A stretch of 64,000 nt of DNA, taken from NCBI GenBank assembly GCA_002345425.1, contig DDWA01000019.1, positions 411 through 64,410 of the forward strand, given 5' to 3'. Every line of letters starts with the position of its first letter. Within the stretch, counting starts at the first letter, position 1. This document shows positions 27,100 to 36,624 of the stretch, in pieces. The notes under the pieces were generated by a model. It had not been told where the DNA came from, did no database searches, and saw only the letters and a program-made list of their open reading frames with translations. Source of the stretch: Bacillales bacterium UBA2298 (GTDB lineage: Bacteria; Bacillota_I; Bacilli_A; Izemoplasmatales; Hujiaoplasmataceae). The translations under genes and the position numbers were made by a program.

Positions 27100-27774
27100 A
27101 TGCTGAGTTTCCAAGGAATTGGCGCTACAAATGGTAAAGGTAGCGGTGTGGCAATTATTCATAAAAAAACATCTGTGAGAACTCATGAAAAATTCTATGA
27201 ACTAGAAGCCAAAGAATTATTTTATGAAATGAAAGAATTGGCTTTGGCAGAGATAGACTCTCTGATTGAAATATGCCACGACTGCGAAGAAAAGGATATT
27301 CTAATAGCTCACAAGCTTATTTTAGATGACCCAGATGTAAATGACCAGATATTCAATGAAATTGAAAAAGGAGAAGACTTAGTAAAAGCAATTAAGACGG
27401 TTCAAAGCAACTACTTCAATCAATTTAAAGCTATGGAAAACGAAGTTTTCAGCTCTAAGGCGCTGGATGTTGAAGATGTTTTTGAACGTTTAGTTAACAA
27501 TATAAAAAAGCAGGATAAATTTAAAACTATCAACAAGAGTTTTGTTTTAGTGTGTGATGACCTTTTGCCAACGACAATATATGATTATCCTCTAAATCAT
27601 TTAAAGGCGATAGTGGTAAAACAAGGATCATTATTCTCACATGGTGTAATAATTGCTAAATCAAAAAATATTCCGGTAGTGATTGGACTTGGCTTTGATT
27701 TTGCGAAAATAAAAGCCGGCGATTATATGGTTGTTGATGGCTTAACCGGTAAAGTTGTTTTAATCAGTGAATAA
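27100..27774 (+). CDS. Stand-alone PTS enzyme-I-like N-terminal fragment (HPr-binding region plus phosphohistidine swivel domain) with no PEP-binding barrel
   Basis: 224 aa. The N-terminus is GIGATNGKGSGVAII. The swivel motif is KQGSLFSHGVIIAKSKNIPVVIG, with the His retained. The protein ends right after this domain. Confidence 0.6.
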   Translation: MLSFQGIGATNGKGSGVAIIHKKTSVRTHEKFYELEAKELFYEMKELALAEIDSLIEICHDCEEKDILIAHKLILDDPDVNDQIFNEIEKGEDLVKAIKTVQSNYFNQFKAMENEVFSSKALDVEDVFERLVNNIKKQDKFKTINKSFVLVCDDLLPTTIYDYPLNHLKAIVVKQGSLFSHGVIIAKSKNIPVVIGLGFDFAKIKAGDYMVVDGLTGKVVLISE

Positions 27775-27888
27775 TTTTTAATACAAATTGTTCACTTTTT
27801 TATTTTTAAATAATTTATAAATTTTTTGTATTAAGAGTGATTTTTGATAATTTAAAGTAAAATGTTATAATATATTTGAGGCGATAAC

Positions 27889-29139
27889 ATGGATAAAAAA
27901 AGAAAGATTTCGCTTGATAGAGCGGAAGAACTTAAAAAAAGAATCGATGATTACCTACAAGCTAAAGACAAAATTACTAAAGGATTGGAATTATCTTCAA
28001 CTATCAAAAGCCATAAGAAAATCATTATGGATTACTTTAAAGCTGATGAAAAAAGCTGGAATGATTGGCATTGGCAATTAGCAAATCGAATTAATGATAT
28101 TGAAGTTTTGCAACATTTTTTCTCTTTCACAGAAAAAGAAATTGAAGATATTAAGAAAGTTTCGATAAAATTTAGATGGGCTATATCACCTTACTACTTA
28201 AGTTTAATTAATCCGAATGATAGATATGATCCGATAAAATTGATGTCAGTTCCAACTTCTCTTGAATTGCTTGAATCATCAGATTCTTTAGATCCTATGG
28301 CAGAAGAATACACGAACCCAAGCGGTGCGATTACAAGGAGATATCCTGATCGCTTGATTATCAATGTTACAAATGAATGTGCAATGTATTGTCGCCATTG
28401 TCAAAGAAGAAGAAATATCGGCGATAAAGATCGAGTTAAATCCAAAAAAGTATTACTTGAATCATTTGATTACATAAGAAATAATAAAGAAATTAGAGAC
28501 GTACTTATAACCGGTGGAGATCCGCTAACTATGACCGATAATCTGTTGAATTGGATTTTGCAAGAAATAAGAAATATTCCTCATGTTGAAATAATTAGAA
28601 TCGGCACTAGAGTACCAGTCACTATGCCACAGAGAATTACCGATAAATTAGTCAAAATGTTAAGCAAATATCATCCGCTATATATCAACACCCAATTTAA
28701 TCATCCGATGGAAATAACTTATGAAAGTAAGATTGCGTGTGAGAAATTAGCTAATGCGGGAATTCCTTTAGGAAATCAAGCTGTTTTACTTAATGGAATT
28801 AATAATGATAAGTTCGTCATGAAATGTTTAAACCAGGAATTACTTAAAATAAGGGTCAAGCCTTACTATATTTTTCATGCAAAGAAAGTTAAAGGTACAA
28901 TCCATTTTAATACATCAGTCGCAGACGGATTAGAAATAATGGAGCATTTAAGAGGTTATACATCTGGTTTGGCAATTCCAACTTATATCATCAATGCCCC
29001 TGAAGGAAAGGGTAAAACACCTATACTTCCAAATTATTTATTAGAAAAAGGAAATGGTTATGTAAGGATAAGAACCTGGGAAAATGTTGTGATTGACTAT
29101 CAAGATGATGAAACTATTGATATTAAAACTAAAATATAA
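27889..29139 (+). CDS. kamA: Lysine 2,3-aminomutase (radical SAM, PLP)
   Basis: 416 aa. It has the radical-SAM motif CAMYCRHCQRRR, plus ITGGDPL and a conserved C-terminal region. Confidence 0.85.
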   Translation: MDKKRKISLDRAEELKKRIDDYLQAKDKITKGLELSSTIKSHKKIIMDYFKADEKSWNDWHWQLANRINDIEVLQHFFSFTEKEIEDIKKVSIKFRWAISPYYLSLINPNDRYDPIKLMSVPTSLELLESSDSLDPMAEEYTNPSGAITRRYPDRLIINVTNECAMYCRHCQRRRNIGDKDRVKSKKVLLESFDYIRNNKEIRDVLITGGDPLTMTDNLLNWILQEIRNIPHVEIIRIGTRVPVTMPQRITDKLVKMLSKYHPLYINTQFNHPMEITYESKIACEKLANAGIPLGNQAVLLNGINNDKFVMKCLNQELLKIRVKPYYIFHAKKVKGTIHFNTSVADGLEIMEHLRGYTSGLAIPTYIINAPEGKGKTPILPNYLLEKGNGYVRIRTWENVVIDYQDDETIDIKTKI

Positions 29140-29253
29140 CCATACTTTAAAAACAAAAAAAATAAAAAGCTAATTCTCTAATATTTAGGGTTGAAGTAAG
29201 GGCTTACATCGTTTATAATATTAGTGATGTCTAAATATTATGGAGGTAGAGTT

Positions 29254-30270
29254 TTGACTGAAATTGATTACAAAAATTTAGGATTCAAAGTTAGAGACGC
29301 TCATGCTAATTATATTTCTTACTACAAAGATGGAAAATGGGATGAAGGAGTTTTAAGGGAAGAAGATACAATAACAATTTCTGCATATTCAACATCTTTG
29401 CATTATGGACAAGAAGCTTTTGAAGGTTTAAAAGCTTATCGTCGAAAAGATGGTAAAATTCAAATTTTTAGAATGGACGAAAATGCAAAAAGATTACAGA
29501 GTTCATGTGAAAGAATTTTGATGCCTAAAGTACCAATTGAAAAATTTCTAGACGCAGTCAAACAAGTCGTTATAGCGAACAAGGATTTAATTCCACCTTA
29601 TGGATATGGAGCTTCATTATATCTAAGACCTTATGTTATCGGTGTCGGAAGAAATTTAGGTGTCAGACCAGCTTCCGAATATATATTTGGTGTTCTTGCC
29701 TCACCAGTGGGTAATTATTTTAAAAGTGGATTATCACCAGTTAATTTTATAGTTACTGATAAGGACCGAGCTGCACCTAATGGAACTGGACAAGTGAAAG
29801 TTGGAGGAAATTATGCAGCTAGTCTAATGAGTCATGAACACGCTCAAGAAGCTGGTTATGCAGATTGTATCTATTTAGATCCACTTACTCATACAAAAAT
29901 TGATGAAGTTGGTGCCGCGAATTTCTTTGGAATTACAAAAGATGATGTTTTTGTCACACCGAATTCAAGTAGTATATTACCAAGCATAACAAAAAAGAGT
30001 CTCTTATACATCGCTGAACATTATCTTGGCTTAAAAACTGAAGTTAGAGATGTATATATTGATAAACTTGATGAATTAAAAGAAGCAGGTGCTTGTGGAA
30101 CAGCAGCTGCAATAACTCCGATAGGAAGAATTGATTATAATAATCATAAGCATGTATTTTACAGTGAGACTGAAGTAGGACCAATCACTAGAAAATTGTA
30201 CGACGCTTTACTAGGGATATACTTTGGAGATGTTGAAGCGCCTAAAGGATGGATAACAATTATTGAATAA
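29254..30270 (+). CDS. ilvE: Branched-chain amino acid aminotransferase (class IV)
   Basis: 338 aa from the TTG at 29254, with a GGAGG RBS 7 nt upstream. The ORF-track GTG at 29224 is less likely. Motifs seen: [17 protein letters not shown] and GTAA. Confidence 0.85.
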   Translation: MTEIDYKNLGFKVRDAHANYISYYKDGKWDEGVLREEDTITISAYSTSLHYGQEAFEGLKAYRRKDGKIQIFRMDENAKRLQSSCERILMPKVPIEKFLDAVKQVVIANKDLIPPYGYGASLYLRPYVIGVGRNLGVRPASEYIFGVLASPVGNYFKSGLSPVNFIVTDKDRAAPNGTGQVKVGGNYAASLMSHEHAQEAGYADCIYLDPLTHTKIDEVGAANFFGITKDDVFVTPNSSSILPSITKKSLLYIAEHYLGLKTEVRDVYIDKLDELKEAGACGTAAAITPIGRIDYNNHKHVFYSETEVGPITRKLYDALLGIYFGDVEAPKGWITIIE

Positions 30271-30274
30271 AAAA

Positions 30275-30298
30275 GGCGAGTATAACACTCGCTTTTTT
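30275..30298 (+). terminator. ilvE terminator
   Basis: The stem gcgagt/actcgc is followed by T6. Confidence 0.7.
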
Positions 30299-30543
30299 GC
30301 TTTTTATATAAAACAAAAAAATCTAGTGTATATAATAGAACTCTTGATTTAAAAAAAGAAATTTACCCTTGTTTTAAAAGCGCTTTCATTGTATAATCAA
30401 TAGTGTTGATAACCGTCCTCTTTAAGAGGTGATGGGAGAAGGTTTTTGGGTAAAAATATAATAGCATTTACTATGCTTTTTTTTACGAATGATGACAATC
30501 GATTAAATAAAATCGAAAAAATATAAGAAGTGAGGCGAATAAA

Positions 30544-31890
30544 TTGTTTACAAATGAGCACTTAAATAATCTGTTTGAGATTACTAAACAAAGAAATAGT
30601 TCTCAACCAGAGTATCTTCAAGCTGTTGAAGAATTTTTTGAAGCGATGAATTTCATCGTTGAAAACGATCCGAATATCCAAAAATTTGGAATCATGGAAA
30701 GAATTATCGAACCGGAAAGAATTGTTAAATTTAGAGTTACTTGGGTTGACGATGAAGGTAAAGTTAATGTTAATCGAGGATACCGAGTGCAATTCAATTC
30801 AGCAATCGGGCCTTACAAGGGAGGTTTACGTTTTCATCCTTCTGTAAATGAATCAATTCTCAAGTTCTTAGCTTTTGAACAAACTTTTAAAAATGCACTT
30901 ACTGGTTTACCAATGGGTGGAGGAAAAGGTGGTTCGGATTTTAATCCTCGTGGACGTTCAGATGCAGAAATTATGCGTTTTTGTCAAAACTTTATGCTAG
31001 AAATGTATCGACATTTAGGAGCTGATACTGATGTTCCTGCTGGTGATATCGGAGTTGGATATAGAGAAATTGGCTATTTATATGGTATGTATCGAAAAAT
31101 CAAAAATGAAAATACTGGTGTTTTAACTGGTAAAGGAATATCCTATGGTGGCTCTTTAGGAAGAGCAGAAGCTACAGGTCACGGCGTTTTATATTTTGTT
31201 AAAGAAATGCTTAAAGTTTATCGCAATGAAACAATTGAAGGAAAGAAAGTAATAATTTCCGGTTCAGGAAAAGTTGGTATGCATGCTGCTTTAAAAGCTC
31301 AGGAAATGGGCGCTAAAGTTATAGCTTTATCTGATGTCAATGGTTTTGTTCATGATCCTAATGGATTGGACTTAAACATTGTTAAGATGTTAACAGCTAA
31401 AAATCCTGAATTTTCAACAGAATACTTACAATATCGTCCTTCAGCAACTTATGATTCAAATCCTACAAACATCTGGACTGTTCCGTGTGATATAGCTTTA
31501 CCATGTGCAACTCAAAATGAATTGCCTTTAGAATCTGCTCAAGCACTAGTTGAAAATGGTTGTTTCTTGGTTTGTGAAGGTGCAAATATGCCAACAACCA
31601 TCGATGCAACAAAATATTTACAGCATGCTGACATTTTATTCGCTCCTGGAAAAGCTGCTAACGCTGGTGGTGTTGCCGTTTCTGGATTGGAAATGACTCA
31701 AAATGCAATGCACTACCCATGGACTTATCAAGAAGTTGATGAAAAATTACAGGTAATTATGGCTGAAATCTTTAAAAAGGCTTATACTGAAGCAAGAAAA
31801 TATACGGATCATCGTAATTTAGTTGTTGGAGCTAATATTGCTGGCTTTATGAGAGTATACCACGCAATGTTAGAACAAGGTATCATTTAA
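30544..31890 (+). CDS. gdhA: Glutamate dehydrogenase
   Basis: 448 aa with a TTG start after a GTGAGG RBS. It has the motif PMGGGKGGSDFNP and the dinucleotide fold GSGKVG. Confidence 0.9.
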   Translation: MFTNEHLNNLFEITKQRNSSQPEYLQAVEEFFEAMNFIVENDPNIQKFGIMERIIEPERIVKFRVTWVDDEGKVNVNRGYRVQFNSAIGPYKGGLRFHPSVNESILKFLAFEQTFKNALTGLPMGGGKGGSDFNPRGRSDAEIMRFCQNFMLEMYRHLGADTDVPAGDIGVGYREIGYLYGMYRKIKNENTGVLTGKGISYGGSLGRAEATGHGVLYFVKEMLKVYRNETIEGKKVIISGSGKVGMHAALKAQEMGAKVIALSDVNGFVHDPNGLDLNIVKMLTAKNPEFSTEYLQYRPSATYDSNPTNIWTVPCDIALPCATQNELPLESAQALVENGCFLVCEGANMPTTIDATKYLQHADILFAPGKAANAGGVAVSGLEMTQNAMHYPWTYQEVDEKLQVIMAEIFKKAYTEARKYTDHRNLVVGANIAGFMRVYHAMLEQGII

Positions 31891-33080
31891 TGTGTGTAGT
31901 TGTAACACCAAAAATTTTACTGCCTATTGATTCCATTAATAAGGAAAAATGGGCAGTAATTGCCTGTGATCAATTTACATCAGAACCTGAATATTGGGAT
32001 AAACTTAAGGCTTATGTTGATAATGTTCCTTCAACATATCATTTGATTTTGCCTGAAGCGTATCTTGATCATGACATGAAACATAAAATCAACAGAGTTA
32101 ATTACAATATGGACCTTTATTTGAAAAACCACATGTTTGAAGAACATGATGGTTTTATCCTTGTTGAAAGACAAACTCCTTACGTCAGTAGACGTTTAGG
32201 ACTTGTTTTAGCGATTGATTTAGAAGCTTATGAATATGAACCAGGAAAAAAAGGTAAAATTGCAGCAACGGAAATGACAGTTCCTGAGAGAATTCCACCG
32301 CGTGTTCAAATACGTGAAAAAGCACCGATTGAATTACCTCATGTTTTGGTATTGCTTGACGATCAAGGACAAAACTTTATAGTTAATCTTTATAAAAATC
32401 GAAAAAAATACAAAAAAATTTATGATTTCAAACTAAATATGAATGGCGGATACATCAAAGGTTATGAAATCAAAAACACTCAACCAATAATTGATGCGAT
32501 TGAAGCATTGCCTAATGATTTGAATTTAATTGTCGGTGACGGCAACCATTCTTTAGCTGCCGCTAAAGTTTGCTGGGAAAATATCAAACATAAATTAACC
32601 GAAGCTGAACTTCAATCACATCCAGCTAGATTCGCTCTTGTTGAATTAATTAGTTTATATGATGATGGTCTGACCTTTGAACCGATACACAGAGTTCTTT
32701 TTAATGTCGATTTAAGCTTAATTAAAGTTCTTGAAAATCGTTTAAGTGGTCAAGGCAAATTAGAAGTCTTTTTTAACAATGACGTTTATCATTTAGAAGT
32801 GTCTGAAAATCCATTTATAGCCATTAAGGAAATACAAGAAATATTAGATCAATATTTAGAACAAAATAAATTTGCTGAAATTGATTTTGTTCATGGAATC
32901 GAAAGTTTAAAAAAAGTTGTTAAAAATAATCGAGATTGCGTCGGTATTACCATGCCTGCTCTTGAAAGAGATAGACTATTACCTTATATTAGAGAAAACG
33001 GAGTGCTACCTAGAAAATCTTTCTCATTGGGAGAAGCGGAAGAGAAACGTTATTACTTAGAAGGTAAAAAAATATTATAA
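31890..33080 (+). CDS. DUF1015-family protein
   Basis: 396 aa. Its start forms a TAATG overlap with the gdhA stop. The motif DGNHSLAAAK and the overall length fit the DUF1015 family. This is recalled from memory and not searched. Confidence 0.55.
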   Translation: MCVVVTPKILLPIDSINKEKWAVIACDQFTSEPEYWDKLKAYVDNVPSTYHLILPEAYLDHDMKHKINRVNYNMDLYLKNHMFEEHDGFILVERQTPYVSRRLGLVLAIDLEAYEYEPGKKGKIAATEMTVPERIPPRVQIREKAPIELPHVLVLLDDQGQNFIVNLYKNRKKYKKIYDFKLNMNGGYIKGYEIKNTQPIIDAIEALPNDLNLIVGDGNHSLAAAKVCWENIKHKLTEAELQSHPARFALVELISLYDDGLTFEPIHRVLFNVDLSLIKVLENRLSGQGKLEVFFNNDVYHLEVSENPFIAIKEIQEILDQYLEQNKFAEIDFVHGIESLKKVVKNNRDCVGITMPALERDRLLPYIRENGVLPRKSFSLGEAEEKRYYLEGKKIL

Positions 33081-33094
33081 AAGGAGTGAAATAA

Positions 33095-34186
33095 ATGGAA
33101 AGAGTATATAATTTTTCGGCTGGACCTGCAGTATTACCAGTTGAAGTGTTACAAACAGCTGCTGATGAAATGTTAAACTATAAAAATAGCGGTATGTCAG
33201 TTATGGAGATGTCTCATCGTTCCAAAGTGTTCGATAAAATCATTAAAGAAGCTGAAGCTGATTTAAGAAAATTAATGAATATACCAGCAAACTATAAAGT
33301 CCTGTTTTTACAAGGTGGAGGTCATTTGCAATTTTCAATGGTTCCGCTCAATTTAATGAAAAATAAAGTCGCTGATTACATCGTCACTGGCGAATGGACT
33401 AAAAAAGCGATCAAAGAAGCTGGTAAGTACTTAAAAGCTAATAAAATCGCAAGTTCTGAGGATAAAAACTTTACTTATATTCCTGACTTAAATAACTTGA
33501 ATCTAGATCCAAAAGCGGACTATGTCTATATTTGTCAAAACAATACAATTTTTGGAACAAGATTCACTGAATTACCAGACACAAAAGGAAAAGATTTAGT
33601 TTCCGATATGTCATCAAACATCTTATCAGAACCAGTTGATGTTTCAAAATTCGCTCTAATCTTTGCTGGTGCTCAAAAAAATATTGGACCAGCTGGAACT
33701 ACTATAGTTATTATTAGAGAAGACTTATTAAAAGATGATCTTCCCGAATTTTGCCCAACGATGTTAAGTTACAAAATCCACGCTGATAAAGAATCGCTTT
33801 ACAATACACCGCCAACATATGGTATTTATATCTGCGGTTTAGTTTTTAAACATTTATTAGCTAATGGTGGCGTTGAAGCAATGTATGTCAAAAACCTTGA
33901 AAAGGCTAAATTAATCTATGATTATCTTGATAATTCTCAAGTTTTCAAAGGTACTGTAGCCAAAAAAGATCGTTCGTTAATGAACGTTACTTTCGTCACT
34001 GAAAGTGAAGAATTAAATGCGCGTTTCATCAAAGAAGCTACAGAAGCTAAATTAGTCAATTTAAAAGGACATCGTTCAGTAGGTGGTATGCGTGCCTCAA
34101 TCTATAACGCTATGTCTATAGAAGGAGTAAAAGCTCTTGTTGACTTTATGGCTGAGTTTGAAAGGAAGGTACTAAATGAAAGTTAG
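33095..34186 (+). CDS. serC: Phosphoserine aminotransferase
   Basis: 363 aa. The N-terminus is YNFSAGPAVLP. The motifs AGAQKNIGPAG and GGMRASIYNA are also present. Confidence 0.9.
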   Translation: MERVYNFSAGPAVLPVEVLQTAADEMLNYKNSGMSVMEMSHRSKVFDKIIKEAEADLRKLMNIPANYKVLFLQGGGHLQFSMVPLNLMKNKVADYIVTGEWTKKAIKEAGKYLKANKIASSEDKNFTYIPDLNNLNLDPKADYVYICQNNTIFGTRFTELPDTKGKDLVSDMSSNILSEPVDVSKFALIFAGAQKNIGPAGTTIVIIREDLLKDDLPEFCPTMLSYKIHADKESLYNTPPTYGIYICGLVFKHLLANGGVEAMYVKNLEKAKLIYDYLDNSQVFKGTVAKKDRSLMNVTFVTESEELNARFIKEATEAKLVNLKGHRSVGGMRASIYNAMSIEGVKALVDFMAEFERKVLNES

Positions 34187-35333
34187 TTGTCTAAATAAAA
34201 TCTCACCAATTGGTTTAAATGCATTTACAAGTAAATATGAAATTTCTAAAGATATTTCTAACCCTGATTTACTCATGGTTAGATCTTTCAATATGCATAA
34301 TTATCTAATTAATGAAAATCTGTTAGCAGTTGCTAGAGCCGGAGCGGGTGTTAATAACATTCCTTTGGAAAAAATGGCTGATGCCGGAGTAGTTGTTTTC
34401 AACACACCTGGTGCTAACAGCAATGGTGTCAAAGAATTGGTTATTGCTAGTATGCTTATGTCTGCACGCGATTTAATTGGCGGAATTGATTGGGTGAAAA
34501 ATAATAAATCTGACAAGGATATTTTAAAGTCAATCGAAAAAGCCAAAAGTGCTTTCGCAGGTAATGAAATTTTAGGAAAAACAATTTTAGTAATTGGTCT
34601 TGGAGCAATTGGCGGTAAAGTAGCCAATGCCTGTGATAGTTTAGGTTTAAAAGTTATTGGTTACGATCCTTATATCAGCGATGAAGCGAAAAACTTGCTT
34701 AATCCTAGTGTTGAGATTAACAATAAACTTGAAGAATCTTATCCAATAGCTGATTATATTAGTTTGCATCTGCCACTATTAGATTCTACTATGCATATGA
34801 TTAATCAAAGTATATTTAATCAAATGAAACCCGGTGTTGTTCTTTTAAATTTCAGCCGTGACTTATTAGTCAAAGATGAAGATTTAAAAATTGCTTTAGA
34901 AGCGAAAATAGTGAAAAAATATATTACTGATTTTCCTGATTATTATGTTGCTAATCTAGAAAATGTTATTGCCTTTCCACATTTAGGGGCTTCAACAGAG
35001 GAATCTGAAGATAACTGTGCAATTATGGCTGCTAAACAATTAATGGCTTATATTGAAAAGGGAGAAATAATTAATTCAGTAAATTATCCAAACGTCAATT
35101 TAGACACATGTGCAACAAAAGCAAGAATGATTATTCTTGCTAAAAATCAACCTTCTATCGCCAGAGAGATAGCTAAAGCATTCGTTGACATTGAACAGCA
35201 TATAAAAGCAAAAATGTCTAAGGTAAGAGGCGAGCATGCCTTCTACGCATTCGATATTGATCAAGATATTCCGTTAGCGCTGATTAATGCTATTGAGCAT
35301 ATTGAAGGTATAAATCGAGTTAGAGTAATTTAG
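34176..35333 (+). CDS. serA: D-3-phosphoglycerate dehydrogenase-type 2-hydroxyacid dehydrogenase with a C-terminal ACT-like domain
   Basis: 385 aa. It has the NAD motif GLGAIGGKVA and the motif FPHLGAST. It overlaps serC by 11 nt. Confidence 0.8.
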   Translation: MKVSCLNKISPIGLNAFTSKYEISKDISNPDLLMVRSFNMHNYLINENLLAVARAGAGVNNIPLEKMADAGVVVFNTPGANSNGVKELVIASMLMSARDLIGGIDWVKNNKSDKDILKSIEKAKSAFAGNEILGKTILVIGLGAIGGKVANACDSLGLKVIGYDPYISDEAKNLLNPSVEINNKLEESYPIADYISLHLPLLDSTMHMINQSIFNQMKPGVVLLNFSRDLLVKDEDLKIALEAKIVKKYITDFPDYYVANLENVIAFPHLGASTEESEDNCAIMAAKQLMAYIEKGEIINSVNYPNVNLDTCATKARMIILAKNQPSIAREIAKAFVDIEQHIKAKMSKVRGEHAFYAFDIDQDIPLALINAIEHIEGINRVRVI

Positions 35334-35341
35334 ACATAATA

Positions 35342-35369
35342 AAACGTTACGACTTAAAGTAACGTTTTT
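35342..35369 (+). terminator. serA terminator
   Basis: The stem aaacgttac/gtaacgttt is followed by a T-run. Confidence 0.8.
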
Positions 35370-35400
35370 GTTTGTATTAAAGCACTTCTTGATAATTGCG

Positions 35401-35418
35401 TCTTGATAAATATCAAGA
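35401..35418. promoter_or_regulatory. Perfect 8-2-8 palindrome TCTTGATA-aa-TATCAAGA just upstream of the rpmG promoter
   Basis: Extra CTTGAT copies occur at 35387-35392 and 35426-35431. The promoter TTGATT-17-TAGAAT lies at 35427-35455. Confidence 0.4.
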
Positions 35419-35482
35419 AAAAATACTTGATTTTTTAACTCATAAATTATAGAATAGAATAGTGTTGAATGGAGGAATGTTT

Positions 35483-35632
35483 ATGAGAGTTCAATTTACA
35501 TTGAAATGTACTGAATGTAATTCAGAAAATTATCAACTTAGCAAAAACAAAAAGACACATCCAGATAAAATGGAAGTAAAAAAATACTGTCCAACGTGTC
35601 AAAAACAAACTGTACACAAAGAGAAAAAATAA
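35483..35632 (+). CDS. rpmG: 50S ribosomal protein L33 (Zn-ribbon form)
   Basis: Not in the ORF track (49 aa). My translation is [59 protein letters not shown] precedes it. Confidence 0.9.
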   Translation: MRVQFTLKCTECNSENYQLSKNKKTHPDKMEVKKYCPTCQKQTVHKEKK

Positions 35633-35697
35633 TCAGTCGATTTTGTATCCATACGGATACTTTTTCTTTATAACTGGGTATCAGAAAAGAGGTTTTT

Positions 35698-36624
35698 ATG
35701 AGAAAGTATAATTTAGGAATTGATATAGGCGGAACGTCAATTAAGATTGGCTTATTTGATTTAGACGGTAATCTACGTGACGTTTATAGCTTGAAAACTA
35801 ATATACTAGAAAATGGAAAATACATTCTAACTGATATTGCAAATCTACTTAAAAAGAAACTAAATGTTTCGGAAATTAGAGCTATAGGTTTTGGCGTACC
35901 AGGACCTGTGGCTAAAAACATAATTATTAATTGTGTCAACCTTGGTTGGCAAAGAAAAGATATTGTTACTGAATTCAAAGAAGTAATCGGGGATAATGAA
36001 ATTTTAATTCGCGTTGCTAATGATGCAAATTTGGCAGCTGCTGGAGAAATCTATAAAGGTGTTGCAAGTGGTTATGTTAATGCATTTATGGTGACTTTAG
36101 GAACCGGAATCGGCGGTGGAGTTATTATTGACGGTAGAGTTGTTGACGGAATTAATGGTGTTGCCGGAGAAATTGGTCACACTCATATTGATGATTTGTT
36201 TGATCTCAAATGCAATTGTGGCAAAAGCGGTTGTTTAGAAACTGTTGCTTCAGCCACAGGAATTGTCCGCTTGGCTAAAGAATACTTAAAACAAAGCGAT
36301 AAACCATCCATTTTAAGAAATTTTCCTGATTTCAGTGCAAAAAAAGTTATTGATTTAGCCAAAGCAAATGATGAATTAGCGCAAGAAATCATTAGTAAAT
36401 CAATGGAATATCTAGCTAGAGTCCTAGCTAAAGTTTCTTATATCATAAATCCAGATATCTTCATAATCGGCGGGGGTATTTCCAATGCCGGGAATTTCAT
36501 CATTGAACAGATAACTAAGCATTACTACCCTTTAGTTATGCCATTTATCAAACACACAAATTTTGAAATTGCCACTCTAGGAAATGAAGCGGGTATGTTT
36601 GGAGCGTGTTATTTAATAAAATGA
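35698..36624 (+). CDS. glcK: ROK-family glucokinase
   Basis: 308 aa. Motifs seen: GIDIGGTSIK, LGTGIGGG and the Zn motif CNCGKSGCLE. Confidence 0.85.
   Translation: MRKYNLGIDIGGTSIKIGLFDLDGNLRDVYSLKTNILENGKYILTDIANLLKKKLNVSEIRAIGFGVPGPVAKNIIINCVNLGWQRKDIVTEFKEVIGDNEILIRVANDANLAAAGEIYKGVASGYVNAFMVTLGTGIGGGVIIDGRVVDGINGVAGEIGHTHIDDLFDLKCNCGKSGCLETVASATGIVRLAKEYLKQSDKPSILRNFPDFSAKKVIDLAKANDELAQEIISKSMEYLARVLAKVSYIINPDIFIIGGGISNAGNFIIEQITKHYYPLVMPFIKHTNFEIATLGNEAGMFGACYLIK

Noticed and set aside
30432-30461. A 9-codon mini-ORF (MGEGFWVKI) in the gdhA leader, considered as a possible leader peptide.
   Set aside because: The only purine-rich RBS-like sequence (AAGAGGTG) abuts the ATG with essentially no spacing. 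There is no run of regulatory codons.
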